Positions 1-13,259 are shown, counted from the first letter of the whole stretch. The stretch is DNA of 62,183 nucleotides, filler included, from Gonapodya sp. JEL0774 (GCA_027604505.1; 9 parts of 9 records of this genome joined end to end with filler, not necessarily neighbours in it), one strand, 5' to 3'. Notes: generated by a model not told the origin, from the letters alone. Program-made: numbers and translations.

Positions 1-538
1 AAGATGCGGAATCGGCATTTTTATACTTGGGAGGGTCATGTTCACGGTGATGACGCTCGCAGCGAAAACTCTCAGAGGGGGACTCCCTGATCATGCCCCT
101 TTTAGGGAATGACAACAAAGAGGAGCCAATCATCTTGAAGCCTCGCTAAGAGTTCCACCCCAATCATTGAACAGATATTCCCGTGTGTCTTGGATGCACT
201 CCAAGCTCCCTAGGAACGACTCTCCACTGTGGAAGAGTGGAGCTCCAATATGCCCTTTAAACAATCGATTACCAAACAGTGGGCAACACGAATCTGTTCC
301 CGCAGATTTTATTTACGATAAAAGAAAGCTACATAAAGACACAAGCATTGGCCGTAATTGTGAGTTTTCTTTGTCGGTTGGATCCTCTCAACTGCTTCGA
401 CCAAATATGAGAGAAGTTAGTTCATTGGAGAGTGACTTAGTAGAGAATCGCCGTATTCCGTAAAGGAGTGATGCTGTCAAGTTCGTCGCCCAGTCCCACA
501 TAGAACTCCAAACAGTCAATTCCAAGAGGTAGGATATC

Positions 539-820
539 TTAGGCCATCAGCTCCTTCTCCAAGACCACGAAGCCCCATCCCGGGCCCCCACAGAGCCATC
601 CCTCGATCTCGGAAACTGCTCTCTTTTCTGCTACGCCAACAGCCTGGTCCCACTCTGCGATCTTTTTGGCGTGCAATAACTGCCATTCTACTGCAACTTG
701 GCACATTCTCAGCTCTCGAGCTTCAGCTGTGGTTGTCGTCCGACCGTTTCTAGAACCTTGTCGAAGCGATCTGGGCAGCTCGCGCTCCATCGCTTTAGAG
801 TTGCCGCCACGTCTCCTGGG
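539..820 (-). pseudogene. 5'-truncated, frameshifted duplicate of the 3' end of the gene at 3961-5744
   Basis: About 280 bp closely similar to 3961-4243. A 1-bp deletion (cgaccgtttctagaacc vs cgaccgcttgcgagaacc) shifts PGDVAATLKRWS..DKVL out of frame with GRTTTTAEARELR. Similarity stops at about 820. Confidence 0.8.
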
Positions 821-2382
821 TCTCAGTCTGAGTTTGGAGGAAGACGTCGGCGGAGGTAGAATGTTGTAGTGGACTGTGGAACATGAAAGCACAGGATGTA
901 TGGAAGATGGTGAAGCCGAAGGGATTCAGTTTATGTTGAGGAAAACAGGGCCTGCGGAAGGTGGTACGTACCCGCGCGAGAGCATTTAGGGAACGGGGCA
1001 AGTGCCGGGTGTCGGCGTGGCAGGCGAGATCAAAGACTTCAGACGGGGGAACATGGGCACAACGTTCTGAGGTGTGCTGGTTGCGGCATCCCACTCTCTC
1101 CCCCGTTCATCTCTTCATCTCTTCCGAGCTTCTCTGTGCTTTTACTTGTTCTTGTTGTTCCTGATCTTGCAGGGGAACCTTTCGCATGGATTTTGGGATG
1201 TTTGGAAAGGAAGCTGAAGCAGGATTTCCGGGTTCAAGTTGGGTACGAGGAGATAATCACGACAGTATAGCGGGTTGAGGGATGAAACGTTCTGATATTA
1301 GTTCCACAAAGTCCATCAGCTCTGGGTGCGTTTCCCTGTCCGGCTCGCCCAGTGTTGGCCGATCCCTCGGTTTGGTTTTTCTGTCAGTGGTCCAGTGGGG
1401 CTTTGTGGTGCGCGCGCTCTGAGCGACCCTCTCGTCCTCTGGATCTGATTACATCCGCTTTCTTGTTCTCGGTCATGGCTTGGGACTCCTCACTTGTCCA
1501 ACCGGGAACAATACATCGTTCCACCGTTCATCCACGACACCCGTCTTCCCGACCGACACGAATACGCCGCAACAGGCTTCTTAAGGCCGGTCCCTCCCGT
1601 GTCTGCCGTCGCCTAAACCGCACTACTGTCTGGCGGACGGTGTTTCGCCAACTCATTCCTTACCTCCCTGCTTTAACGGACACTCTCCTGGCCCCTCACA
1701 ACTCCAACCCGCCGGAACTCACCTCTCAGCAGTCCAAGATATGTCCAATCCGCAATTGTCCTTGTTCCAGTGGGTGGTGCTTCGAGGGATTCGACGTTTG
1801 GGTTTGAGAACCACGACGAGAGCGATTTTCTGGCTGAAAATGGGGGAAATCCAGTTTTCCGAGGTGCTCTGATTCCACAGGAATGCACAGCGGAAATGCT
1901 CTTGGTTTAGGGCGGGGATGGGGGAAAAGCGACGTGCGACGAAGGTGCGACGAAGGGAATGGGGCGTGCGACGAACCACTGCCAACTCCGGGCGAGAAAA
2001 TGTGGATTTTCGAAGTTTTCTTGAGTATGCCGAATTTCCATGGAGAAAAAAAGTCACTTAAAAGGGGGTTTCGTTGGGGGTACGGTGGGTGGTCCCCATC
2101 CACTCTGTGGCCGTCTCTCTCCCACTCTCCCTCCCCCATCTCTCTCCCTCTCCCTCCATAAAGATCCCGGTCTACATCCCTACACCCTTATTACGTACTG
2201 CCTTGTCGTCCGGGCGACGAGCGACGAGAATGCCGCACGGCATTCTCGTATATACGATATTGACAGTCGCGGTTTTCGGAATGGTGCCCCATCTATAAAA
2301 GGATATCGCCGCCAGGCCCAATGAAGATCCACAACAGTGCAGCAATTATATTCATACCTCAACCACTACTGACACGTACAAC

Positions 2383-3612
2383 ATGCCTTTCTCATCCAGG
2401 ATCCCAGTTATCTATGTGAGTACTTCGCCGTCAATGACAGTTGGCGATGGCTAAGCCCGCTCGTAACAGGGAGCTGGTGGCATCGGTGCCCCAGGAACCT
2501 TCTGCAAGCTCACCTCCGCTGAGGCTGCGCAGCCCATCGTCGATGCTTGGTGCAAGATTACAGGACCCTCTGCCATTGACACCTCTGCCCTTTACGGCTT
2601 TGGTACTTCTGAGGTCCTCCTCTCTCAGATGGACCTGCACGGTTCAGTCATCGACACCAAGTGAGTAGCATTTCTTTCGAAATCTGGTAAAATATACTAA
2701 CAGATCTACAGAGTTTACCCCCTTGCTCCCGGAGACCACGCACCAGAAAAGATCACCAAGGCCATTGATGCTGCCTACGAGAAGTTGGGCAAGAAGATCC
2801 GCGTCTTCTACCTCCACGCTCCCGATCGCACTGTCGACTGGACTGAGATGTGCAGGGCAATCAACGAGGGCCACAAGGCCGGCAAATTGTGAGTGCAATG
2901 GCATCCCTCTCTGTAATCCTGAGATTGACAAATGCTTTTCCAGCGAGAGGTTCGGATTGAGCAACTACTTGGGCTACGAGATTGGTGAAATCGTCACCAT
3001 CTGCCGCACGAACGGCTGGGTCGCCCCCACGGCCTATGAGGGCATCTACAACCCTATCGACCGTACCATCGAGACCGAGCTCATCCCTTGTCTCCGTCGC
3101 TACAACATCGGCCTCGCCGCCTACAGCCCGCTCGCTGGCGGTCTCCTCACCGGACACTTGATCACTGAGAAAGACGAGCTCGAAAGGGCTGAGGAGGGAT
3201 CTCACTACGACCCCAAGCAGCCTTTCGGACAGTTTTTCAACTTGCGATACGGCCACATGATCCCTGCTCTCCGCAAGTTGAAGCAGCAAGTCGAGGCTGC
3301 TGGATTCAACTTGAACCAGGCCTCTGTGAGGTGGATGCAGCACCACAGTGCCATGATCCCTTCCGACTTGGGTATCATCTTTGGTGGTAGCAATGCTTCG
3401 CACGTTGAAGCAACCTTGAAATACTGGTGAGCAGCAGTGTCTCTCGATGTCCCATAACACGAGTTGATATGGTTTGCCCATGTAGCACGGAAGGACCTCT
3501 TCCTGAGGATCTCGTCAAGGCCTTTGAGGATGCCTACGTTAGCGTCAAGGCTCGTCTCCCCAATTACAACCACAGCCCCTCATGGTACAAGCCTGAGGAG
3601 CACGGCTACTAA
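2383..3612 (+). CDS. Aldo-keto reductase, AKR7/aflatoxin B1 aldehyde reductase-like (5 exons)
   Basis: Spliced translation MPFSSRIPVIY|GAGG..IDTSALYGFGTSE..IDTK|VYP..FYLHAPDR..|FERFGLSNY..YEGIYN..AYSPLAGGLL..|CTEGPLP..GY*. The D-Y-K-H tetrad motifs are present, and TATAAAA lies near 2295. Confidence 0.93.
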
Positions 3613-3960
3613 GGTGGACGCTCCTTTCCTCATGTTATTTGCGAGTCCGGGACAGGATCTAAGACAATCCAGCCGGCAGACCCGGTTGAGAAGTCCGGTG
3701 CTTCTTGAGTTGGCAACCAGCAATCCAGCATGTATCTAACCTAGAAGGACCCGCTACCACCACGCATTGCCTTTCCGTGTATTAGCCATAACATAAGAAT
3801 ACCGAACCATTTCATGCCCTCATTTCTGACCACATATCATGGCTTGTCTTCAAGAACACAATCTATTCAAATATGGATACCACTTGCTGCTACTGAATTG
3901 CAGCTTTATTATGGAAATGTGCTGGCAGAGGCTAACTATCTGCTGGGGCCTAGCGATGTC

Positions 3961-5744
3961 TTAGGTCATCACCCCCTTCTCCAAGACCACGAAGCCCCAC
4001 CCCGCGCCTCCACAGAGCCATCCCTCGATCTCAGATACTGCTCTCTTTTGTGCTAAGCCAACAGCCTGGTCCCACTCTGCGATCTTTTTGGCGTGCAGTA
4101 ACTGCCATTCCATTGCAACGTGGCACATTCTCAGCTCTCGAGCTTCCGCTGTGGTTGTCGTCCGACCGCTTGCGAGAACCTTGTTGATGCGATCTTGGCA
4201 GCGCGCGCTCCATCTCTTTAGAGTTCCCACCACGTCTCCTGGGAGAACGCGCTTAGATTCCACGACTACCAAACGACACTTTGCAGCTTCACGGTGCAGA
4301 GCTGCCGAGGTCCACGGTGGCAACGGTACCGGAGGGTAAGGAAAATTGAGGTGAAACTGAAATCTTGAGTCGCGATCCAGATGTGTTAGGCATTCAGTCG
4401 GCAAATGGTCGAATGTGGGCACGAGGAGCTGGCCCTTCGGTGCCAGAAAGTGAGCGAGGTACGCGAGAGAAGGGAACGGTTCGTGAAGGCACACGACCTT
4501 CGAAAAGTCTCCGATGTGCGGCATATTGCCTATTAAGTGTATCGAGGAATTTGAGTGTCGACAAGCAAGCTGCTCAAGTGGTGATGCGGACTCACCATCC
4601 TGCTTTAGCCCAAGCAGACCCGCTGGACCGAACCACAGAGTCACAATTAGAACAGTTAATAGAAGGAAGGAATTTTCCAGTAATTAAATTTGATCCATCT
4701 CCTCTATCCAGGATCGATTTGCTTTGGGCCCGGTGATGCATGTCCAAACACAAATCGGGAACCCTGATCCCCCACTGCCCTCATGAGCTTACCTTGCATC
4801 GTAATTGCCACCGAGCCTGTACCGATCTCCTTAAAGGCAAGTTTACTCAAGGCACTGCCGTTGATTTCAAGAATTGTGTCTTGCATTGTTATGCCAAAGA
4901 TATTGAGAAGGTCAACGAGCCTGGCAAGCTACGATATCAGATTCAAAGAATCAAAGAATTCGGGCCATAAACACTTTACTTGTGGTGACACGAAGTACAT
5001 GAGGTACAGGTTGATCTGGACCCACCTCAGCGTCTCGTAACGATTCGGTTTGAGTACTGAATAGTCCAGGAAGAGTCGTCGAAGATGAGGAAAGAAACAC
5101 TTGAAGTGCAAACTCTGTGAAACCGTGGTTAGCGCTCATCGTCAACGACAGCGGGCGCTGAAATCGATTCATTACGAAACTCCCTTCTCACGTATACTCT
5201 CGACCGAATCCCGACCTAGTGCCGTCCACGCACGCCTCTCTACCAATCAAATTTTTTTCTGCGTTTCAGTTGTCGTCTCACCTTTCCGGCCACCTATGAC
5301 GGGCAGCAGCATTCGTCGCCATTCCATGACAACATCTTGCGGTCGCTTGTCAAACTTGAGACAACACAAAGCGTTCTCAATGGTAGAGTCATTTTTGATA
5401 TCTATCAAACCCTCGGAGTACCCTTTTATGAAATCATATATGTGGATTCGGTCGTTGGGAGGAGGAGTATAGAGAGAAACTCTCTTCGGCAAAGGGCGAC
5501 CCGGCAGCTGCCGATGTGTCGGCGTTTTAAAGTGCTCCTCGCCAGAGGTCCACTCTTCCTTAGCAATCCGGGTGCTTTGCCCCGCTTGGTCTCGTTGCTT
5601 CGCGGTGGTCTTCTCACGCTGGTGTGCGATGTCGACAGCGATTAGAAGTAACACAGTGGGGAGGGCAACGAAGAATGAGAGGGCAAGTAGATGGGCGACA
5701 ATGATTCCCAGTTCGTAGGCGGGGGAAGAGGAAACACGATCCAT
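3961..5744 (-). CDS. Divergent cyclopropane-fatty-acid synthase / sphingolipid C9-methyltransferase-like protein (multi-exon)
   Basis: An N-terminal hydrophobic helix is followed by LPGRP..RIHIYDFIKGYSEGLID, VFLSS..PGLFSTQTESLRDAE|LARLVDLLNIFGITMQDTILEING, FLAPKGQL, GTLKRW and GFVVLEK. These blocks follow the order seen in the CFA-synthase family. Exon joins were inferred by eye. Confidence 0.6.
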
Positions 5745-6142
5745 TGTGAAGTGTGATTCACACAGCGGGTTCTCGTGATAACGACATCTGTATTACCATC
5801 CACCCACAGGAAGGAGACCAACACAATTGAAACCAAAATAAGAAAATCTTCCTCTGGTTAGTAGTTTTCACACCTTCGACACACGTGTTCTGGTCAGACT
5901 ATATATCTCCGAGTGAAAGTGCACATCCGCTCAGCGTTATTATGCAGCATTCAGACTGTCTGTCATCAAACGTGAGCTCGGGAGGCAGGTTTTTGGTGAG
6001 TTCATTATTGGAATCCCGCGATTAGCGAAGATGAGCTAATCAGGAAGTATGTACTGCCTGGTCTTCGCTTTCCAGCCGATCAGGGGCTGCCGGGATGCAA
6101 AGTGAATGCGAGGCAACCCAAGTGACCTTCTTGGTAATTCGT

Positions 6143-6866
6143 ATGGACCCTCCGGTCCACCATTCAGACGAGAAAGCGACTGGACATGGCTTATTGTTGT
6201 CTACTGCGCCCAAAGTCCAACGATCCGCTACCATTGAGCATGAAGGTGGTTCCGCTCTGCGGTACTCGAGAAGCACATCGTTTACTATTACCGAAAGCTT
6301 GCGCTACGCCAGCACTGTGACTTCAGAGGTTAAGGAGAAGCTCTATCGCTCAGTGATGTTGAAGGTGGTGATGCAAGATCTACTACGTGGGTGGACCCGA
6401 TTGTTGCTCCAATTGGCGGGACTCAATTCAGAGGTCACTTCATACAGTTGGAATCGTCATTGCTGTAGTAGCATCGCTCATTTGTTTTGGACCAATGAGC
6501 GTGATTATGCTCTATGAGCGAGTCTCTCCCTCCACCGCTCCAGCAGGATGTTCAGCGATGATTGCATCCTTCTCTATCCAGATTGCATGGTACGGCAATC
6601 GAATTTTTTTCAGTTGGCTTCACTATGTGAGTTGCTTTCCTCCAATTTTCCAATCCACCTCGGGCACCGTTGTCGCATATTCTCTCAGGTTGGGAACCAT
6701 CAAACAATTCGTTACTTCGTCGCTGGAGCTATAATTTCTTGTCTTTATGAGTTTGGAATGGCGACATTTGGACCAACCATTTTTGATTTCGGGAATCGAT
6801 TCGGGGTGATGTCGAGGTCGTTCTCGGCTGCGCTGACTGCTTATGTGAGTTGTTCTCGCTGCGATC
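6143..6866 (+). CDS. Hypothetical multi-pass membrane protein, 3'-truncated at the contig end
   Basis: Successive hydrophobic exons (VGIVIAVVASLICFGPMSVIML; YFVAGAIISCLY) are separated by plausible GT-AG introns. No family recognised. Confidence 0.4.
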
Positions 6867-6966
6867 NNNNNNNNNNNNNNNNNNNNNNNNNNNNNNNNNN
6901 NNNNNNNNNNTTAATTAATTAANNNNNNNNNNNNNNNNNNNNNNNNNNNNNNNNNNNNNNNNNNNN
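6867..6966. other. Artificial contig spacer (N44-TTAATTAATTAA-N44)
   Basis: 100-bp linker with stop codons in all six frames, identical at eight sites. Confidence 0.99.
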
Positions 6967-9731
6967 GGATCAGAGCCAAGTTTCTCGTAGGTGTACGATG
7001 AGCTCCTCGCGGTGAGATCGGTCGGTATCGTGATGCCAACCTTGCAGGTCCCACCGGTCGTGATCGTGACGGCCGTGACAGTGTTCGAACTGACAGTGAG
7101 CGAGGTAGAGATAGAACAGCTGGTACGAGCTTCACGCTCCCTTTGCCCCAGTATTGAACGCAGGTGAGTGTTCGCAACCATTCGGCCATTCATATTTAAT
7201 TTACCTGTAGAACTGCGCCAAGTCATCCATCTTTAAGGTAACCACGGGCCACGTAACGAGTTGATTATAGCGAGCGAATACGTTCTCAAACCACTGCTCG
7301 TATAAGCCCCAGGGTCCAGTGATGCGATTGATCGTCACTTTGGGAAGGTCATGGTTTCGGAGGTTAGCTTGATGGAACCTTAACAGACGGAGGAAACGTG
7401 AGAGAGAGTTGGTCGTTAGGGATCTGTTTCTGGTAATACGCTCGTCTCAGATATTACTGACATGTGCGGGTCGTGACGGAGGTTGAGAAGCATAGTGGTG
7501 AGCCGGTCTTGCTCCCGTTGGAGGATTTGTGGCCACGTGGAGTTGGATCCAAGCTTTGCCAGGTACCTAAAAAGTGTAAGCATATTTATGTTGAGTCCGT
7601 GGTAATCTAGGCCAAAAGCTCAGGCACGGAACGCCGTGCGGCGGTCCCTCACATTCCGTTGTAGACTCCGACATTCTCCTCAACCAGGCTGCAGTCATAG
7701 TAAACCTCACTGCGCAGGAGAGAATGTTAGAAATATAAGTGAGTCGCATTTACCAACAAAACTCACGTCGGTTGTCTCGGAATCACCGCGTAGCCAACGT
7801 AATTGGATGATGCTGCAGTACTCCTCCACAGCCCGTACAAATCGGTCGGCACCAAGCTCGCCCGCGAGTTATCGCCCACGATAGTCACAATGCCGTGTTG
7901 TGTAAGCTGGGTGTACACATCTCCGTTGAAGACTCCGGAAATTTGTGGTGTGACCATACTGTTGGGCGACCAGTACGACTTTCCGTCCAGTGATAGGACG
8001 GTCGCCATTTTCACATTCATTTCGATTTCATTCTTGACATCGCTTTGGGTGGCGCTGTCGAAGTTCAAATGAGTAAATCTGGTTTGGGCGAAAAGAGAGT
8101 TATAAACATCTTCGGGTAGCGTTGAACACACAGACTCAATCATTACTTACGTATGCGAGACCCAAAATATAGGTGCCATGTTGGTCGTTGTGCTATTTAA
8201 GGAGTAGTCGTCGCACGTCAACTTCGCAAACTACGTACGCAGACAACGTTGGTGCTCACTTGGTAAGAAGCCAGTCAAACATGGCATCGGCGTGCAACGG
8301 CGTCGGCGTAGTTGCCCACGAACTCGCCCATGTCGAAGGCCACCTGCTCGTCCCGGTTCCAAGAGGCTTGACGTACGAATCATTGATGCCCGTGGCACGC
8401 TCGGTATTGATGCTTATCAATTCTGTCGAGCCAGCAGCCTCGAGAATACCGTTGCCGTTGAAGATCACCTCCACCTTGAAGGAGCTACCTTGTGGAAGCC
8501 TGCGGTTCAGGCTCTCCTGCCACTTGTAGAGATTCTGCAGGTCTTCAGGCGTGGTACGATACGTGTTGGTCGCATCTGTCGGGGTCTCGGTCTTGAGGAA
8601 TAAATCGTCGACTTGCCCGAGCATATACGTGCGGCGGAAGCCCTGGTAGAGCCCTCGAGTACCCCAGGCCAGCCACACGTGGTTGAGAAGGGAGCACGTC
8701 GGGGACCAGGAACCGAATGCGAAAAAGAGCGACATTTGCTCCCTGCCACTCGTGTATGTAACGTGCACCGCAGCACTCGTCTGAACGGGGAAGTTGGGGG
8801 CGACCGGTTCGAAGAAGAGAACTGGGGCCACAGAAGTAATGTTGCTGGTGGTAATGGACACAATGGCAGGAGTATGCCACAGGCTATTGGGCATGGGAGT
8901 GTGGATTGAGATGGATGAAAACCATACGACTCCAATTTCATCCAATTATGGTCAATGACACTTACCCGCTGGAGTTACCAGCTGCTGATGGCTGGATTCC
9001 CGCAGGAGCACTGTAAGTCGTATTGATAGTAATCATTTGTGTGTCATTGTATGTCTTGCCAATGGTCGAATTGTACAGCGCGGTGCCTGTCGAAACACCA
9101 GGGAAATCGTCCACCGCGATGCGGCGAACACGGTACTTTCCTTCATATTGTATAATCTAATTTGGAAATTGAAGTGAAATGAGCTGTCTCGAAAGGACTT
9201 CCCACAGGGGAATGTGCTTTGGACTCACATAGTCCCATTGAGCAGTCGTGAGGGCGCTCGCATATACCCCACCTGTACCGGCATATGCGAGTTGAGCCGA
9301 CGCAGCTATAATCAAACTGCGGTGGGAGCATAAAATGTTGATGGTTTGGAGCGTTGCGACCCCAGAACTCAGTTGATACTGACCTGTACTTGGGGTTTCC
9401 AGAGGCATCCAAGAGAGGAATGTTTCCTGAGTAACCCGTAGACTGGACGACAATGACATCATAGGGTATCTCATATGCCTGGAGGGTTTGAACGATCGAG
9501 GCTGGAGGAACAGTCGGGGTTGGAGGACGTTCCATATGGGCACTCCTCGCAAAGGATCGTCAAGACAAATCGATCCTCACCTTCTGGTGGACTTGTTGAG
9601 CTAACAGTAAGAACAAGGACTCTTTGACCAATGGTGTAGGTTGTTTGAGCAAGTATGGCGGGGGCAGCCAAGATGACGGCTATCAAGGCGACAAATGCAG
9701 CCGCTATGGCTCTACGGAGAATGGACGGCAT
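6967..9731 (-). CDS. Secreted Agd3-like (CE18) alpha-1,4-GalNAc polysaccharide deacetylase; 3' tip missing at the contig edge
   Basis: Signal peptide MPSILRRAIAAAFVALIAVILAAPAILA, then GREQM..W..RGLYQGFRR..QVDDLFL, FNGNG, WVSHT|FTH, PQISGVFNGD, VGDNSR, LRHDPHM|FHQANLR and a C-terminal EKLGSD. Confidence 0.88.
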
Positions 9732-10078
9732 ACGATTGCGCCAGTCGAAGGAAGTAATCAAGTGGTATCGATGTGGATGGAATGAAAGGGAGGTCAAGGC
9801 GCGTGGCCAATTGAGACGAGCATCCGTGGCACGGATCTTCGCCGATTCCCTTGCGAAGATTCCACAGAGTGGGGACTCCACCACTCTGACAGTTGCTTTT
9901 GGAGCTGAGTATTTTCGCGAAGTGTCTCGTGGTCGGTTTGAAGAATTTCACCAGCTGTTCAGAAGATTGTCCTGCTCCGATCAAGTTGGATCACCCAAGC
10001 TGTACAAGGAACTTGGTATTTACGCACAGTCCACCTGGGATGCCAACCAGCGGGCCAAATTTCACTCTCCACTCTTGA

Positions 10079-13034
10079 ATGCCACCCAAGTCAAAATCAC
10101 GGCAGGCAACAAACCAGGCCTCTGCAACTGCTTCAGCAGCTCCTGCAGGGCCGACACCGGAACAGATTGTCGAGCAATGTTTCACAGAGTTGCATAAGCT
10201 ACTCGCGGCAGAAGACGATGATGACGAGCCCAATCACTCGGCGGTTGTAAAACAGTGCGACAAAAGTGTGTCCACGGTCGGAGCTCCTCGTTTTCTATTG
10301 GGCTTCGGCAATTGAACACATAATGAAATCCAACCCCACTCCCATACACCATCCCTACAGTCTTGCGATTGGTACCTACCGATACGGCGGCTCTGCACTT
10401 CAAGGCTACGGCTCTAGCGAAACTGGAGCAATTCAGCGAATCTCTCACCACCTATGAGTCCCTCCGCTCAGCCGAGAATCGCTCCTCCGAACCACAAGCC
10501 TACGCATTCGAGAGAGGTTATTGTCTGTACAGGCTCAACAAGTTGCAAGAAGCCAAGGACGTAGCTGTGGCAGGGCTGGAAGCAATGACCAAGGACGAAA
10601 CTGGATACCAGGAGCTCCTTCAATTGAATGGTCAAATCGTGAGCCTCTTTCCCCAACACTTGAACAGCTTAAGAGCCTGACCTTGTTTGCAATAACTATT
10701 CGCTTTTTCCTTCAGCACTACAGAATGGAATCCTTCGCGCTCGCTCTTTCACTCTACGCAGAGTTCATCCGGACAGTTAGCGAGGTGAGTGACACCGTCC
10801 CACGTTTCTCATCCTCCCCAACTGATGCCAACGAACTTATGACCGTCGCATAGGACACTCCTTTGTACGAATACATTCTTGCCAACTTCGAAGCCATCAA
10901 GGCTTCGGCACTGGTGGCTGGTCTGAACGTGGAAGGAGAAGTGTGTGTTCAACCCCAGTTGAACTTCTCTCCGTGGCTATCGTTCTTCCGGATATTCGTT
11001 TGACCATATCGAACCATGTGATTGCTAGTTCCTTCCATCTTCACCACTCGGTGCGCCTCCCGTCCCAGATTCCCACGAGCTCGCCCAGAATCGAGCGACT
11101 CAGCTTCTCGCTCTCGGACGGGAGGCTGAGGCTGTAGGCGAGCTTGAAAGAGCCCTAGGTTGGTTTGAAGTCGCTGTGTCGTATCAAGAGTCCGTTGGAT
11201 ACTCAATGCCGCTGACGCACTATCGTTCCTTCTTCCTCTTCAGACCTCGCCCAATCCACATTGGAAGCGGACTCCGCCGACCGAGCGGAGATGGACCGTG
11301 AGCTCGGACCGCTTCGCCTTCTCATCGGATGTGCTCGCCATGCTACGGGGGATACGGAGGCTGCCAAGGAGATGTACTCGACTGTAGCCAAACTCAAGTG
11401 AGTCATTCCCTTCTGTTAGGATGAGAAACTCTGTGAGATTTGGGGTAATTCTTGCAATTCCTATCAAAGGTCTCCAACGGATCTCCCACTTCTCGCAACC
11501 CACAACCTGGGTCTCGTCCTACTTCCGACGTCGCCACTGGACGCACAGAAGCGCTTAAAACACTCCGAACGCGCTCTCACCACCAGCTCAGACCAGATCA
11601 AGCTTACAGCCTGGCAGCGCAAAGCGCTCGACGTGAACGCGGCAATTGGAGCTGCGTGGTTGGGTAAAGATGGTCGCAAGAAGTGTGCCGATGTGGCCGC
11701 AAAGTGGCCGGACGTGATCGATGTGAAACTCGCGGGAATTGCTTCGTATGTGAAGGAGGGGAAAGTGGCAATAGCGCAGGAGGAGATCGAGGTACGTGGG
11801 GCATCAGGCTTGCGTGTGGTGTGTGGTTAGTCGAAGCCACACCTGACACAAACCGCTGTTGTTAGGCTCTGTGCGCGGCCAATCCCTCTTCTCTTCCGGC
11901 CCATCTTTCCCTCGCCCATGTGTACATCCTGAACTCTAACTTATCCGCGGCGCTTTCCACTCTCGACGCCCTCTGCTCTGCCGACCCTACCTTCGCCAAG
12001 CTCCCGGCACTTGTCGGCTTGAGATCCTGGCTTTTGAAAGAAACAGGTGATGTTGCGGGTGCGAAGACGCTCCTCGAGTCGGCAGTCGAGGGATGGAGGA
12101 AAAGCGGAACTGTAAGTTTGACCGTGGATCCAGCTCGGTCTCTACTGACTCACTCTACATTCCTTTGCCGAAGCTTTCGAACCCCACCCCGGCTCTCACC
12201 GCCCTGGCCAACCTTCACCTTCTCCTCAAATCGCCATCCGCGGCCGCATCCCTCCTCGAGACCGCTCTCCGTCAGACGCCTGGTGATCCTGCTCTCCTTC
12301 TCCAGCTTGTGCAGACGTATTTGCTGTTTGATCCGGTCAAGGCACAGCGGGCAGAGGCGGGAATCGACGTTAAAGGTTTGGAGGCTGCTGCCGCTAAGGT
12401 GGATGCTGAGGCGGTGGAAGGGAGTGTGGGAACAGCGAAGGGCAGGAGGAAGGGTGACGGGTGAGCTGCTTTGCAGACTTGATTCTTGATGGAGGGTGGG
12501 AGTTCTTCAGTTCACACAGTTTCTCGTTGATAAAGAGAGCAAACCAAACCCAAGAAGAAGCGGAAGCGCGTCAAGCGGTGGCCGAAAGGTAGGTTGTTGT
12601 CTTCTGCTTGCCCACACACCTTCGTGTCGAAACATGATCCATCGTCGTAGGTTTCTCCGCGGAGAACCCTCCAACCAGCCCGCCGGATCCCGAACGGTGG
12701 TTGCCCAAGTCACAACGATCCAGCTTCAAAGTTAAAGGACGCAAAGCCAAGAACCTGTTCAGAGGTCCTCAGGGGGCGGCTGTTGCAGGTGGAGGATTGG
12801 GGGGTACGAGAAGTGCAAACATTGCAGGCGCAGCTGTCCAAGCTAAAGGAGACAGCAGGTGACTCTCAGTAGTGCTCTTGTCAGTTGAATGTTTCATGAT
12901 CAGCTGACCTCTCTCACGCTCTCATAAGGCCTCAATCAGCACTTCCGGAGGCAGCGCCTTCTCCTGCGTCGGCACCAGCGCCCGCCAAGTCTCAGCAACA
13001 AAGTAAAAAGAAGAAGGGTGGTAAGAACAAATGA
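10079..13034 (+). CDS. SRP72: Signal recognition particle subunit SRP72 (multi-exon)
   Basis: TPR-like N-terminus (FERGYCLYRLNK), the C-terminal RNA-binding motif PDPERWLPKSQRS, then GPQG and a lysine-rich tail KKKKGGKNK*. Confidence 0.92.
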
Positions 13035-13259
13035 GATCACATGGTCTTCTTGGTCGATGGGTTCAGAGCGACTGCGAAATAAAACTGCGTCTGAGTCCTG
13101 AGATAACTGTAAGATTCGATTCTAAGGTCTCTTATAAAGTTTGCCTCTTAAAAAGTCCTGTTAAAATGCGTCTGACAATAATGTGATGTGGCCATCGGTG
13201 CCCCATTGTGATTTTCAAAGGTGTGGGAGCCTTGCACTAGTTTCCGTACAAATTTACAT

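Noticed and set aside
6911..6922. Recurrent TTAATTAATTAA palindrome and ORFs ending in LIN
   Set aside because: It is an artificial six-frame stop linker, not biological sequence.
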